A stretch of 64,000 bases of DNA from Polyangiales bacterium (GCA_045106895.1 JBGCFM010000062.1:113745-177744); one strand, 5' to 3'; shown: positions 17,681 to 28,380, counted from the stretch's first letter. Translations and numbers: made by a program. Notes: generated from the letters alone by a model not told the origin.

Positions 17681-19882
17681 CTAAGCGCCGCCGCGAATCA
17701 AACGAAGCGTGGTCACCGGCGCGAAGGCCGCGACGTGTCCGCTCTCTTCGGCGATGTAAACCCAGCCGCGTTCGTCGACGCGTAGACGGTCCGGGACAAT
17801 GTCGCCATCGATGGAGCCAAGCACCTCGCCGTCGCTAGGGCGCACGATGTGTACATCGCCGGCGGGCACGAAGAGCGCGCCGCCTCTAAGCACAGGTTCA
17901 AGGCGCCTTGGGACTTCGTCACCGATGGGGTCGCCGAGAAGCTCCGTCCAGCGCGGGGAGCCGTTGCTCAACTCCGTCGCCGCGAGACCGCCACCCGGCG
18001 TGTTTGTGACGAGCAGTTCGTCGACGACGAGTGCGGACGCGCCGATGCTGATCCCCGGGTCGCTGACGTCCCAGCGGACATGACCACTCTTGGCGTCGAT
18101 GGCGACGAGTCGTTCGTCGCCGAGGGTCAAAAGCGCCAGGCCTGGCGCTCCGACGGGCGCCGCCGCCGGGGCTTCGCCAAGAGCAAGGCGGAAAGTCTCC
18201 TGGCCGCTGTAGAGGTCGATTCCAAAGACCTGCCCCTTGCGGCCTTCGGCCACGGCGATGACGCGGTCGCCGGTGACCACGGGTGCGTGTGAGAAACGGC
18301 CGCGGATGGCAAAGCGCCAGAGGTCTTCGCCGGTGCCAGCGTCGATGGCGTGAATCGCCCCTTCGTCGGCGACGAGCAAGATACGTCCGGCGCGGCGCGC
18401 ATGAAACGCGCCGGCTCGACGCGACTGGAAACGCCAGCGGGGCTGACCGGTGTGAAGGTCGAGGGCAACGAGGCCGGAGGTTCCTTCCGCGACGACGGCG
18501 ACGGGGGCGATCCCCGGCGCGCTCATGTAGAAGCCTTGCTGAGGTCCGCTTCGCGGAGCGATGCGTGTAGATGCGTAGGCCTCGCCGTCCTGGACGGAGC
18601 ACATCTCGACCTCGCCTTCGCGACCCATTCGAAGGAGCGCAGGCCCCGCCATGATGGTGGCTTCTGCGCCTTCGCGCGCCCAGAGCACGTCGCCCGTGCC
18701 GCGTTCCACGGCGAGGGTGTGTTGCGGGCCGCTGAGAACCAAACGGTCGCCACAGAAGTAGGTGCCGGCTGCGAAGAGGCCGTCGAGGTCGAGTCGCCAG
18801 CGCGACTCGAAGCGCATCGAACCACTCGGCGCATTGGCAGGACGTGGCGTCGCGCGGGGCGTCGTCGCAGGAGCTTCGCTTTGGGGCGACGCGAGGCGCA
18901 TGCGTTCCGCATCTTCGTTGATGAATCCGTCGGGACGGCCCTGCTGACGAACTGCTTTTCGAAGTGCGCGTACTTCGTCGCGAAGGGCGACGACGCGGAG
19001 GTTGCGTGTCTGAGAGCGGTCGGCACGAACCAAAGAACGGATAAGGTCCGCGGCCAACGCCAAGATGGGCAAGGCGACCTCGTCGGGACGCACGTCGCTA
19101 AGCTTCAGCTCGCCGGCGCTTGTTCGCAGTGTCAGCGATGCCAGGTCGTGCTTCGTGAGCCGAACGCCGACGCCAAACGCTCCCGCACGTAGACGCACGT
19201 TCGTCGGGCGCCCGGATTCCCACGCGTCGAAGAGCGCGCGCACGGCGACAACCATTCGCTGAACCGCGAGGAGAATCGGGCCCTTGGCGATGGCGCAACG
19301 TCGGCCGTGGAGATGTGCCCAGAGCGTGCCTTTGACGAGGAGCGCGTGAACGTCTGCGCGCTGTGCGCGACTGGTAGGCCCGTCACGTTCTTCGAGTTCC
19401 ACCTCGTAGCCAAACGAGAGCACGCCCTTCCCCGGCTCCTTGGCGCCTCCCTTGACGAGACGCGAGCGTCGAGGTGCGACGTCGGCGCGAATGTCCGTGC
19501 GAAGCACGCGCTCTGCGAAGTGGAGCGCGATCTGTCGCGCCGCCTTGTCGGGCTCCGTCTGAGCCTGAGCCCGCGCTTCGTCGGCGCAGGCGCGGATGAG
19601 ACGTGAGAGGTCGACGGGGCGCTCGAGCTGATGAACTTCCGGCGCGCTCGACGTCTCGTAGACGCTGACGAACACACGACGGCCGCGTCGAACGAGGGCG
19701 TACTCAAGAGGCGCGACGCCCACGGGAAGCAAGCACTTCGTGCGCTTTCCCTGAGCCAAGCGAATCAACGCCGTGGTGAGCTCCGAGAGAGGAGGCAAGT
19801 CAAGATCGCCATGCGCCTTCGCGAGCAGGTGCTCAGAAAGGGCCGAACGGGTGGGGAGGATTCGCTCTTGTATCAAGTCCAT
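17681..19882 (-). CDS. Protein with uncharacterised N-terminus and C-terminal PQQ/BamB-like beta-propeller
   Basis: Repeats ALDLHTGQPRW, AIDAGTGEDLW, AIDAKSGHVRW; no signal peptide. Confidence 0.8.
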   Translation of the reverse strand: MDLIQERILPTRSALSEHLLAKAHGDLDLPPLSELTTALIRLAQGKRTKCLLPVGVAPLEYALVRRGRRVFVSVYETSSAPEVHQLERPVDLSRLIRACADEARAQAQTEPDKAARQIALHFAERVLRTDIRADVAPRRSRLVKGGAKEPGKGVLSFGYEVELEERDGPTSRAQRADVHALLVKGTLWAHLHGRRCAIAKGPILLAVQRMVVAVRALFDAWESGRPTNVRLRAGAFGVGVRLTKHDLASLTLRTSAGELKLSDVRPDEVALPILALAADLIRSLVRADRSQTRNLRVVALRDEVRALRKAVRQQGRPDGFINEDAERMRLASPQSEAPATTPRATPRPANAPSGSMRFESRWRLDLDGLFAAGTYFCGDRLVLSGPQHTLAVERGTGDVLWAREGAEATIMAGPALLRMGREGEVEMCSVQDGEAYASTRIAPRSGPQQGFYMSAPGIAPVAVVAEGTSGLVALDLHTGQPRWRFQSRRAGAFHARRAGRILLVADEGAIHAIDAGTGEDLWRFAIRGRFSHAPVVTGDRVIAVAEGRKGQVFGIDLYSGQETFRLALGEAPAAAPVGAPGLALLTLGDERLVAIDAKSGHVRWDVSDPGISIGASALVVDELLVTNTPGGGLAATELSNGSPRWTELLGDPIGDEVPRRLEPVLRGGALFVPAGDVHIVRPSDGEVLGSIDGDIVPDRLRVDERGWVYIAEESGHVAAFAPVTTLRLIRGGA

Positions 19883-20013
19883 ACGAAAGACGACTCGGTG
19901 TTGACCGCAAGTCGTGAGCGAATGCTACGGAGCGATCATGCAATGGATCCAAAAACTGCACGGATCCACTATTGTTGACATTGACGGACACCGTCGAAAG
20001 CCAATCGCGAGCG

Positions 20014-20457
20014 ATGCAAAACACAGAAATACAAGAACCAAAACGCTACGCCCTCATCGCCGGCGTCGCGATCTTTCGCGAAGGGCGCGTCCTTGCACTT
20101 CGCCGCGCGGAATGGAAACGAGGCGCCGGTTTGTGGGAGGTGGTGGCGGGTCGCGTGGAAGCCGGCGAAGCAGTGGAGAGCGCCGCGGCGCGGGAAGCCG
20201 TCGAAGAGACGGGGCTCGATATTGAGCTTCACGCGCGCCCCCTGGGAGCCTACCCAATCGCCGGGTTGGACTATTTTGTCGTGCTCTTTCGCGCTGACGC
20301 CGGCGCTGGCGACGTCGTTCTGTCGAACGAACACGACGCGCACAAGTGGGTGACGCCGGTGGAGTTTCGTGCGCTCTCCACACTCTCACCGCTCGCCGAC
20401 GCCATCGACAGAGCCGCCCTCGAATCGACCCAACAAACGCCGGGAACGAATCCATGA
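20014..20457 (+). CDS. NUDIX hydrolase
   Basis: Nudix box GRVEAGEAVESAAAREAVEETGL; EHDAHKW. Confidence 0.9.
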   Translation: MQNTEIQEPKRYALIAGVAIFREGRVLALRRAEWKRGAGLWEVVAGRVEAGEAVESAAAREAVEETGLDIELHARPLGAYPIAGLDYFVVLFRADAGAGDVVLSNEHDAHKWVTPVEFRALSTLSPLADAIDRAALESTQQTPGTNP

Positions 20458-20636
20458 AATATTTTTTCTTTTTATTTTTCGTCGGGTGCGGGTCACCAGG
20501 CGTAAGCATGCCGGAAACTTGCGAACATTTCGGGGATCAGTGCCGGCTCCGCGATGGCTTGCTCGGCGTGTGTAGCGAAGACGGCGAAGCCACGTGCGAG
20601 TCGCCGCCGTGTCTCAAATGCCAGGGTCAGCACTGA
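20454..20636 (+). CDS. Small Cys-rich lipoprotein (60 aa)
   Basis: ATGA overlap; MKYFFFLFFVGC followed by six further Cys. Confidence 0.6.
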   Translation: MKYFFFLFFVGCGSPGVSMPETCEHFGDQCRLRDGLLGVCSEDGEATCESPPCLKCQGQH

Positions 20637-20644
20637 GCGAATCG

Positions 20645-21538
20645 CTATTCGCGCTTTCGCTCTGCGGGACCCAATGAGTAGGAGTGGTCGGCGCAGATTT
20701 CTATCTCATGCAGGGCACGCCGGCCGCACTTCGCCCATCGGCAGAGTCGGTCGCTCTTGCCGCGACGTTGTTCAAGCAAAGCGCGTTGCACCGTAGCAAC
20801 GTCAGTGGCTGCCCAATGCTCTGCGCTCTCAATGCGAAACGCGACAGACAAGAGTCGGTCTCGCCCCGCGGCAATGACCCAGAACGCGCGACAGCTTCGA
20901 CATCGGTAGAGCCCGCATACGCTGGCGATACCCAACGCGAGTAGGTCGTAGGGAGCCACGAAGTCGTCCATGCTGGGCGTGACCCAGCAAGCCTCACCAC
21001 GCGCTTCGCAGTGGCAGCGCGAAGCTTCGGCAAGGCGATTTCGAAGCGCGGCGATCACAAGAGGGTCACGCGTGGCGATGAGGTCGTCGCGAAGAAAGGT
21101 CAGCGGCCGGTACTTCTTGAGGCCTTCGCGAACGGCGTTTTGAAGTTTGCGGCGGTGACCACGAAGCCACACTTCATCTTGTGAGGGAGCCTGGACGTCG
21201 CGGAGTTCCGGCTTCGCCAGCGTGATTCTGTAGTAGCCGCCGAGGTGCTTCCAGTCGGCAAAAGAAGGCACCGTTTCATCCTTGCCAAAGATCCACAGCT
21301 CGTCCCCTTCGCCGGAGGCAGGGACATCGTCCGACGAACGAATCACCGTCGTCACGGCCACGGCTCCGCGCTGCTCCCACCCGACGCTCAGCTCCTCGCG
21401 GGAAGCCTGAAACGGACCGGAATCGAACGCGGCGATGACGACGCGGTGACCGACGACGACCTCGGGGTACTCTTCAAGAACATGGCTCGCGGCGTCCAGA
21501 TGGTCCGCCCAGAAGTACTCCCCTTCCTCGCCGTACAT
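20645..21538 (-). CDS. Hypothetical two-domain protein with Cys/His-rich C-terminus
   Basis: CHC, YRCRSCRAFW, CRWAKC...CADH motifs. Confidence 0.65.
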   Translation of the reverse strand: MYGEEGEYFWADHLDAASHVLEEYPEVVVGHRVVIAAFDSGPFQASREELSVGWEQRGAVAVTTVIRSSDDVPASGEGDELWIFGKDETVPSFADWKHLGGYYRITLAKPELRDVQAPSQDEVWLRGHRRKLQNAVREGLKKYRPLTFLRDDLIATRDPLVIAALRNRLAEASRCHCEARGEACWVTPSMDDFVAPYDLLALGIASVCGLYRCRSCRAFWVIAAGRDRLLSVAFRIESAEHWAATDVATVQRALLEQRRGKSDRLCRWAKCGRRALHEIEICADHSYSLGPAERKRE

Positions 21539-21545
21539 GCCCGGC

Positions 21546-23444
21546 TCAGTTCTTGGCGGCTTCGCGGGCCTGACGCCGTGCGTCGATGTTCGCGAGCGAG
21601 TCGTTCGGGATCGCGTCGATGAGCGCCCGCGTGTAGTCCTCTTTGGGGTCCAGGTAGATGGCGTCCGAAGGGCCCGCCTCGACGACTTTGCCTTCGTTCA
21701 TGACGAGCATCATGTCCGCCATGAACTTCACGACGCTCAGGTCGTGACTGATGAACAAGTACGTGAGACCGCGCGCCTCTTGAAGGTCCTTGAGCAGGTT
21801 CAGAACCTGGGCCTGGACGCTCACATCCAGGGCTGAGACGGACTCGTCACAGACGATGAGCTGTGGCTCCACGGCCAGAGCCCGTGCGATGCCGATGCGC
21901 TGGCGCTGACCGCCCGAGAACTCGTGGGGGTAACGCGTGAGGTGCTCTTCTTTGAGGCCCACTTCGTCCAAAAGCTTCGCCGCGCGCTGCCGGCGCTCGT
22001 CTTTGTCCGCGCCGATACCGTGAATGCTCATCGCTTCGGTGAGTGCTGCTTCGACGGTCATACGTGGGTTGAGCGACCCGTAGGGGTCCTGGAAGACGAT
22101 CTGCACGTGACGCCGCCAGTCGCGGAGTTCTCTGCGGCGCAAACCCAGTACGTCTTGTCCGCGAAACACGATGTCTCCCGCGGTGGCGTCCTGCAGGCGC
22201 AAGAGCGCGCGTCCGAGGGTCGTCTTGCCGCAGCCGGACTCACCGACGAGACCCAGCGTTTGACCGGGGTAGATTCGAAGGCTCACGCCATCGACGGCAC
22301 GGACCCAGTCTTTGACGCGCGCGAAGAGGCCGCCGCGGATGGGGAAGTGCACCTTGAGGTCACGCACTTCGAGCATCGGCTCCGCGCCTTCCGGGACAAG
22401 GGCCGCGTCTTTCATCCACGCGTTCTTCTCATCGGTGGCCGATGCATCCGGCGGCTCATGGCCCATCTCCGCAAGCTCGCTGGCGGGATGAAGCAGCCGG
22501 CCGCGGCCTTGGCCAAAGCGCTCATCCGCCGTCGCATGGTCGAAGACCTTCTCGATGAGCTTCGCGTCGTCGCCCTCGCCTTCCACCTCCATGAAATCCG
22601 ACACCGTCGGAAGACGACGCCACGAGGTCTCTAGCCGCGGCCGACATGCGAGGAGACCCTTCGTGTAGGGGTGCTTTGGATTCTCGAAGATCGAGCGCAC
22701 ATCGCTGTGCTCGACGAGGTCGCCGCGATACATCACCGCCACCTCATCAGCGATCTCCGCGATGACACCGAGGTCGTGCGTAATAAAGAGAATCGCCATG
22801 TCGCGTTCGTCGCGCAGGCGCCTGAAGAGCGCGAGGATCTGCGCTTGAATGGTGACGTCGAGAGCCGTCGTGGGCTCATCCGCGATGAGCAGCTCAGGGT
22901 TACAGCTCAGCGCCATCGCGATCATCACGCGCTGTTTCTGACCGCCGGACATCTCGTGCGGGTAACTCTCCAGGCGGCGCTCGGGATCTGGGATGCCCAC
23001 TTCCTGGAAGAGCGTCAGAGCGCGAGCACGCGCTTCGGCCTTGGTGACGTCTTCGTGCTGAAGAATCGCTTCGGTGATCTGAGCGCCGACGCGATAAACA
23101 GGGTTGAGCGACGTGCCGGGCTCCTGAAAGATCATCGCGATCTCATTGCCGCGAACAGACTGCATCTGCTTTTCGCTCATCCCGCCGAGCTCGCGCTCGC
23201 CGAAGAGCATCGCGTCCGCGGACACACGCGCGATGCGAGGCGGCAGGAGCCCCATCACCGATAGCGAAGTGACCGATTTACCGGACCCCGACTCGCCCAC
23301 GAGTCCGAGGGTTTGGCCGCGCTTGAGCGTGAGGTCGACGCCCTTGACGGCGTGGGTGATGCCTTCGTCTGTGTGAAACGCGGTCTTCAAACCGCGCAGC
23401 TTCAGCAGCTCGCTGCCTTCGGCTTCCTCACTCACGAGGCTCAC
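21546..23444 (-). CDS. Dipeptide/oligopeptide-type ABC transporter ATPase, fused double NBD
   Basis: GESGSGKS and GESGCGKT Walker [13 protein letters not shown] and [16 protein letters not shown]. Confidence 0.93.
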   Translation of the reverse strand: MSLVSEEAEGSELLKLRGLKTAFHTDEGITHAVKGVDLTLKRGQTLGLVGESGSGKSVTSLSVMGLLPPRIARVSADAMLFGERELGGMSEKQMQSVRGNEIAMIFQEPGTSLNPVYRVGAQITEAILQHEDVTKAEARARALTLFQEVGIPDPERRLESYPHEMSGGQKQRVMIAMALSCNPELLIADEPTTALDVTIQAQILALFRRLRDERDMAILFITHDLGVIAEIADEVAVMYRGDLVEHSDVRSIFENPKHPYTKGLLACRPRLETSWRRLPTVSDFMEVEGEGDDAKLIEKVFDHATADERFGQGRGRLLHPASELAEMGHEPPDASATDEKNAWMKDAALVPEGAEPMLEVRDLKVHFPIRGGLFARVKDWVRAVDGVSLRIYPGQTLGLVGESGCGKTTLGRALLRLQDATAGDIVFRGQDVLGLRRRELRDWRRHVQIVFQDPYGSLNPRMTVEAALTEAMSIHGIGADKDERRQRAAKLLDEVGLKEEHLTRYPHEFSGGQRQRIGIARALAVEPQLIVCDESVSALDVSVQAQVLNLLKDLQEARGLTYLFISHDLSVVKFMADMMLVMNEGKVVEAGPSDAIYLDPKEDYTRALIDAIPNDSLANIDARRQAREAAKN

Positions 23445-23716
23445 GACGCCTTGACGGGGAGCTCGGCGGTCTTGTCGAAGTGCACCTCAAGGCCTGGTTC
23501 GACTTCATGCAGCGCCCGCACGATGATGTTGGTGCGCACATAGTGCGAGCCCACCCCATAAGCGGCGGCGCCGGAGACGCGAACCACGAGCTTCTCTTCT
23601 TCAAAACCGACGACTTCGCCATCGGATCCGTCCGCTTTCAGGAGCGGGAGAACAAGCTCATCAAAGATGTCTCGGAGGGCGTCTGCCCGCTTTTCGTTGT
23701 CCGCCGATTCGTCCAC
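23441..23716 (-). CDS. NifU/NfuA-C-like domain protein lacking CxxC
   Basis: VLPLLKADGSDGEVVGFEEEKLVVRVSGAAAYGVGS aligns by eye to the NifU pattern P.L..DGGD.E......V.V.L.GAC.GCP.S. GTGA overlap with the ABC gene. Confidence 0.6.
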   Translation of the reverse strand: MDESADNEKRADALRDIFDELVLPLLKADGSDGEVVGFEEEKLVVRVSGAAAYGVGSHYVRTNIIVRALHEVEPGLEVHFDKTAELPVKAS

Positions 23717-23891
23717 GGCGCGAAGGTAGCAGCCTCAGCCGCGCCAGCAGTGGCAAAACCCGCTCGTTTCATGCGCAGAACACCAAAAGGGTCGCGTTCT
23801 GGGCATTTTAATATCGTTTGAGTTCAATCAGCGTAGTCCCCAGCCCCGATTCGGTCTGGACCTCGCCCTGGTCTTGCGTAGTCTGTGCGCC

Positions 23892-25730
23892 ATGAGCCGC
23901 GTCAATTTTTCCCTTCTTTGTCTTTTGGTCGCCGCCGGATGCGGTGATGACGACCGCCCTCGACGTGATGGGGGCCCAGGCGGCGCCGACACGAGCGGCG
24001 GCCCCTGCACCGATGGCGAGATTCGCTGTGACGGCTTTGACGTCCTCGTCTGTAGTGGCGGCGTTTTCTCCACGAGCGAGACTTGTGTGTCGCCATCCAT
24101 GTGCGTCGCCGGCGTCGGCTGTGGTGAATGTACGCCGCGCGCGCTTTTCTGCGACGGCCAAGAGATCCGTGAATGCGCCTCGGACGGAACGACGTCGACC
24201 GTCGTCGAGACCTGCCCCATCAACGAAGGCTGCCAGAGTGGAATCTGTGTCGACGCGTGCGCCGCTGCGGCTTCAAACCGAAGCAATATTGGCTGCGACT
24301 ACTTCGCCGTCGACCTCGACAATGAGTACGCGCTCCCAGCCATCATCGGCGGCGGCACGCCACCGGCGCAAGAGCAGTTCGCCGTCATCCTCGCCAACCC
24401 CAGCAACGTCACGGTGCAGGCCAACGTGTACCAGAGCGTCGGGCGCCCGAACGTGGCGGCGCAAACACAGGTAGGCCCCGCACACATCATTCCGCCGAAC
24501 GGACTTGTGCGCATCAACCTCGACCCGAGAGAGCTCGACGGAAGCACGCCCGAGGTGGAGGGCCCGGGAACGTTCCTGTCGAACAACGCGTACCGGATTC
24601 AGACCAACTTCCCCGTCGTCGCCTATCAGTTCAACCCCATCATCGAGAGCGCTTCGAACGACGCGTCGCTTCTCCTTCCGGTGCCTGCCCTCGACTCCCA
24701 CTACCGCGTTCTTGGCTGGCCCACGGCGAACCCCATCGAGCCCATCGGTGACATGCCAGGCATCCCCGACCACAGCTACGTGACCATCGTCGGAACCCAA
24801 GAAGGAACCCAGGTCAGCGTGACCCTTGGCGGCGACACGGTGGCAGGCGGCATCCAAGGCGGCGGCAGCATTCAGGCCTACAGCGCCGGTGAAACCATCA
24901 CGATGACCCTCGGGCCCTACGACGTCCTGAACCTGGAGAGCGACGGCATCCCGGGCGACATGTCCGGCACCCTCGTTCAGTCGACGGCTCCGGTCGCGGT
25001 GTTCTCTGGCGGCGAGCGCGGCATCGTCGGCGGCGGCTCCATTCCTGCGCACCCCAGCGGCGCTCCGGACGACTTCTGCTGCACGGAGCACCTCGAGGAG
25101 CAGGTCTTCCCAACGACATCGTGGGGTAAGAACTTCGTCATCACCCGCTCGCCGGTACGCACGGACCACCCGACGTGGCGCGAGCCCGACGTCTACCGAA
25201 TCATCGCGGACCGTGACGGAACTGTGGTCACGACATCCCTCGCCGCACCGAACAACCAGTTCACGCTGGCATCGGGTCAGTGGGTTGAGTTCTACGCCGA
25301 CCAGAGCTTCACGATGGAGTCGAACGAAGGTATCAGCATTCAGCAGCTCCTCGTGAGCCAGGGCTGGCTTGTGAGCTGGAAACCGGATCACGGCGGAGAC
25401 CCGTCGATGATCCTCTTCCCGCCCTTCGAGCAGTACCGCGACAACTACATCGTCCTCACGCCGGAGACCTTCGCGACGAACTACGTCGTCGTCAGCGCGC
25501 CCGAAGGAGCCAACTTCACCATCGACGGCGCGGCACCTAGCTGCGATGTGGAGCCCGCGGGTTCCGTCGGCGGCATGACCTTCAACACCTACACCTGCTT
25601 GGTGAACGGTGGCGTCCACAACATCGACTCCGACGTCCCCGTCGGCATCATGGTCTACGGCTACCACAACGTTGGCAGCTACGGTTACGCCGGCGGCTCG
25701 AACCTCACGCGCATCAACCCGCTCATCTGA
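23892..25730 (+). CDS. IgGFc-binding-domain lipoprotein
   Basis: Lipobox AAGC; Cys-rich N-terminus; PVVAYQFNP, SNDASLLLP, HLEEQVFP..SWG, GDPSM, SYGYAGG. Confidence 0.85.
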   Translation: MSRVNFSLLCLLVAAGCGDDDRPRRDGGPGGADTSGGPCTDGEIRCDGFDVLVCSGGVFSTSETCVSPSMCVAGVGCGECTPRALFCDGQEIRECASDGTTSTVVETCPINEGCQSGICVDACAAAASNRSNIGCDYFAVDLDNEYALPAIIGGGTPPAQEQFAVILANPSNVTVQANVYQSVGRPNVAAQTQVGPAHIIPPNGLVRINLDPRELDGSTPEVEGPGTFLSNNAYRIQTNFPVVAYQFNPIIESASNDASLLLPVPALDSHYRVLGWPTANPIEPIGDMPGIPDHSYVTIVGTQEGTQVSVTLGGDTVAGGIQGGGSIQAYSAGETITMTLGPYDVLNLESDGIPGDMSGTLVQSTAPVAVFSGGERGIVGGGSIPAHPSGAPDDFCCTEHLEEQVFPTTSWGKNFVITRSPVRTDHPTWREPDVYRIIADRDGTVVTTSLAAPNNQFTLASGQWVEFYADQSFTMESNEGISIQQLLVSQGWLVSWKPDHGGDPSMILFPPFEQYRDNYIVLTPETFATNYVVVSAPEGANFTIDGAAPSCDVEPAGSVGGMTFNTYTCLVNGGVHNIDSDVPVGIMVYGYHNVGSYGYAGGSNLTRINPLI

Positions 25731-25770
25731 ACCGGAGCGGCGCGAGAACGACCGCGAAGCGAAAATAGAA

Positions 25771-25811
25771 AAAGGCCACCGCGTTTGCAGTGGCCTTTCT
25801 TCTTTTCTTTT
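25771..25811. terminator. Bidirectional intrinsic terminator
   Basis: AAAGGCCAC-cgcgtttgca-GTGGCCTTT flanked by A-rich and T-rich tracts, between convergent genes. Confidence 0.8.
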
Positions 25812-25828
25812 TCTCTTCGACGCGTCGT

Positions 25829-26518
25829 TTAGTGAGAAGCGACGGCGCTGTCGGCGGCGGTCTCGAGCTCTACGAAGCGAAGCTCCTCAAGAAGCGAGTT
25901 CAAGTGGTCTTCGCCGAGGAACGACCAAACCTGGTAGACGCAGCCTTGTCCGCCAACCGTGAGTGTCGCGGACGCCACACCGTCTTCGGCGACGACGTCT
26001 TGCGTGCTTCCGTCGTTGAACATTGCGACGGGCGCGTCGGCGTCGATATCGACAGCCTCGTCGGTGCCCATCGAGGTGCCGGCGACGCCAAAGGCCGCGC
26101 GGCCACATCGGGCGCAGCTGTTTCCGTTGGCGCGAACGCCTGGTGCGCCGCGCTGGTCGAACTCGAGCGCCCAGCCGCCGGCGAGGGTCGCCGCGCGAGC
26201 AGGCTCACCAGCGCTGGCTGGAACCATCGGTGCACACCAGGTGCGGTTCTCTGCGCTCTCAAGAGCCGTCGCGACAGTCTCGGGAAGGTCGGATGCCGGC
26301 ACGAGGGCGCCGGACCAAGGTGCTTCTGGGAGCACAGCCAAGGTGTCGGTCTCGCCGTAGGGTCGCAATTCAGCGACCTCCACCGGAGCCGGCGGCACCT
26401 CCGCGGCGGCTACACCGCCGCTCGACACATAAGGGTTCGGCGCCACCTCAGTGGCTGTCTGTGTGCCGCAGGCAACGCTGGTCACAAGTGCGACCGACCA
26501 AAAAACATTCTTCAACAT
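25829..26518 (-). CDS. Hypothetical lipoprotein
   Basis: GGAGG RBS; MLKNVFWSVALVTSVAC lipobox. Confidence 0.75.
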   Translation of the reverse strand: MLKNVFWSVALVTSVACGTQTATEVAPNPYVSSGGVAAAEVPPAPVEVAELRPYGETDTLAVLPEAPWSGALVPASDLPETVATALESAENRTWCAPMVPASAGEPARAATLAGGWALEFDQRGAPGVRANGNSCARCGRAAFGVAGTSMGTDEAVDIDADAPVAMFNDGSTQDVVAEDGVASATLTVGGQGCVYQVWSFLGEDHLNSLLEELRFVELETAADSAVASH

Positions 26519-26662
26519 CAGATCCTCCCGGATGCACGGTTTCGCCCACCGCGCTTGAAGGCAGCGATACCGGAGCGTGGATCTGCGGGCAAAAAATCAG
26601 CAAGGCCGGAACCAAACGGCAATCCCCTTGCTCTGGGCGTCTCGAACGCTAAACGCAGAGTT

Positions 26663-27640
26663 ATGGCAACGATTTCAAAGGTCCTTATCAGCGGTGCCAG
26701 TGGCTTCATCGGGCGTCGTCTGCGACGCCAGCTCTTGGATTCGGGCAGCGATGTGGTGGCCATTCGCCGCAACGGTTCACCCGCAGCCACCGAAGGTCGC
26801 TCCGTCGTGGCGAGCTACGCTGATGCAGACTCCCTGCGCCGCGTCGTCGCCGAAGAGCAGCCCGACGTCATCCTCCACGTCGCCGGCGTGACCAAGGGGC
26901 GAAGCTACGCGGACTTTGAGCGCGGCAACGTGATGCCCACGAAGAACCTCCTGGCTGCCGCGCAGGAGTCCTCGTCGCTCACGCGCTTTGTGCTCATCTC
27001 TTCCCTCGCGGCATACGGTCCATCGAGCCGCCACCAGCCTCTCGTCGAGAGTGACGAGCGACGTCCCGTCGAGTTCTACGGTCAAAGCAAGCGCGCCGCC
27101 GAAGAGCTCGTGGAAGCGTCCGAGGTGCCGTGGACCATCATGCGCCCCAGCGGCGTCTACGGACCGGGTGACGTTGACTACTTGGAACTCTTTCGCCTGG
27201 CGGAAAAGCGACTCAACCTCTTCTTCGGAAATCGCGACCGTGCCTTCAGCGCCATCTACGTCGATGACTGCATTCGCGCCATCATCGACGGCGCCACGCA
27301 CGAGAACACGGTTTCGCAGGGCTACTTCCTGACGGACGATGTGCCGACAACGTGGGGTGAGTTCCAAGAGAAAGTGGTCGGCGCGAGCAACAAGCGAGCC
27401 CTAAACCTCAACCTCCCAGAGGCCATCGTCACCCTCGCCGCCCACGCGGGCGAGCTCGCCTCACGCGTCGACGGAAAGGCACGGTTGATGAACCGACAGA
27501 AAGCCAAGATGAGCCAACAAGACGCGTGGCTTTGCAGCGGCGCGAAGGCACGGGAGGACTTCGGTTTTCAAGCGTCCGTCGACCAACACGAAGGCGTCCA
27601 GCGAACACGCGCTTGGTATCGCAAGCACGGGAAGATCTAG
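26663..27640 (+). CDS. NAD-dependent epimerase/dehydratase (extended SDR)
   Basis: GASGFIG, SSLAAYG, YGQSK (YxxxK), RPSGVYGPGD. Confidence 0.9.
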   Translation: MATISKVLISGASGFIGRRLRRQLLDSGSDVVAIRRNGSPAATEGRSVVASYADADSLRRVVAEEQPDVILHVAGVTKGRSYADFERGNVMPTKNLLAAAQESSSLTRFVLISSLAAYGPSSRHQPLVESDERRPVEFYGQSKRAAEELVEASEVPWTIMRPSGVYGPGDVDYLELFRLAEKRLNLFFGNRDRAFSAIYVDDCIRAIIDGATHENTVSQGYFLTDDVPTTWGEFQEKVVGASNKRALNLNLPEAIVTLAAHAGELASRVDGKARLMNRQKAKMSQQDAWLCSGAKAREDFGFQASVDQHEGVQRTRAWYRKHGKI

Positions 27641-27645
27641 CCCTC

Positions 27646-28380
27646 ATGAGTGAATGGTACGCGGAGGTCTTCGAGACCGACGCCTGGCACGCGATCCACG
27701 ACGGTTTCTGGGAGGCCAGAGATCCCGCGGTGCACGCCGGGCTCATCACGAAGCGCCTCGGCCTGGAGGGACCTTCGACGATCCTCGACGTGCCTTGCGG
27801 GAACGGCCGAATCACCGGGGCCCTCGCAGACCTTGGCCACACGCTCACGGGCGTGGACCTTTCCCCTTCCCTCCTCGCCAAAGCCCGCGAGCACACCCGT
27901 GGCCAAGCCGTCACTCTTGTCGAATGCGACATGCGCGCGCTGGCCGTAGGCGCCTCCTTTGACGCCGCCGTTTGCTGGTGGGGGAGCTTCGGCTACCTCG
28001 AGGGCGAAGGCGACTCGGAGTTTGCCCGCGCCGTCTGTGCGTCCTTGCGCGAAGGCGGTCGCTTCGTCATCGACACATCCGTCGCCGAAGGTTTGCTGCC
28101 CGTGTTCCAGCCGAGCGGGGTTTGGCAGGCCGGAGACGCATGGATCGCCGAAGAACGTCGCTACGATATGGAGAGCGGCCGAATCGTCTCCAAGTGGACC
28201 GTCGAAGCTGACGGGACCTACCAGCGATTCACAACGTCCATCCGTCTGTACTCGTGGCGTGAGATCCGAACGCTGCTCAGCGACGCCGGGTTCCGAAGCG
28301 TCGAGCACTTCGACGCAGCGGGGAACACCTTCGAGCTTCGCTCCACCGGCGCACGTTCGCACATCGTCGCGACAAAGTAG
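27646..28380 (+). CDS. Class I SAM-dependent methyltransferase
   Basis: ILDVPCGNGR, GVDLS, CDMR, FDAAV, LREGGRF. Confidence 0.9.
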   Translation: MSEWYAEVFETDAWHAIHDGFWEARDPAVHAGLITKRLGLEGPSTILDVPCGNGRITGALADLGHTLTGVDLSPSLLAKAREHTRGQAVTLVECDMRALAVGASFDAAVCWWGSFGYLEGEGDSEFARAVCASLREGGRFVIDTSVAEGLLPVFQPSGVWQAGDAWIAEERRYDMESGRIVSKWTVEADGTYQRFTTSIRLYSWREIRTLLSDAGFRSVEHFDAAGNTFELRSTGARSHIVATK

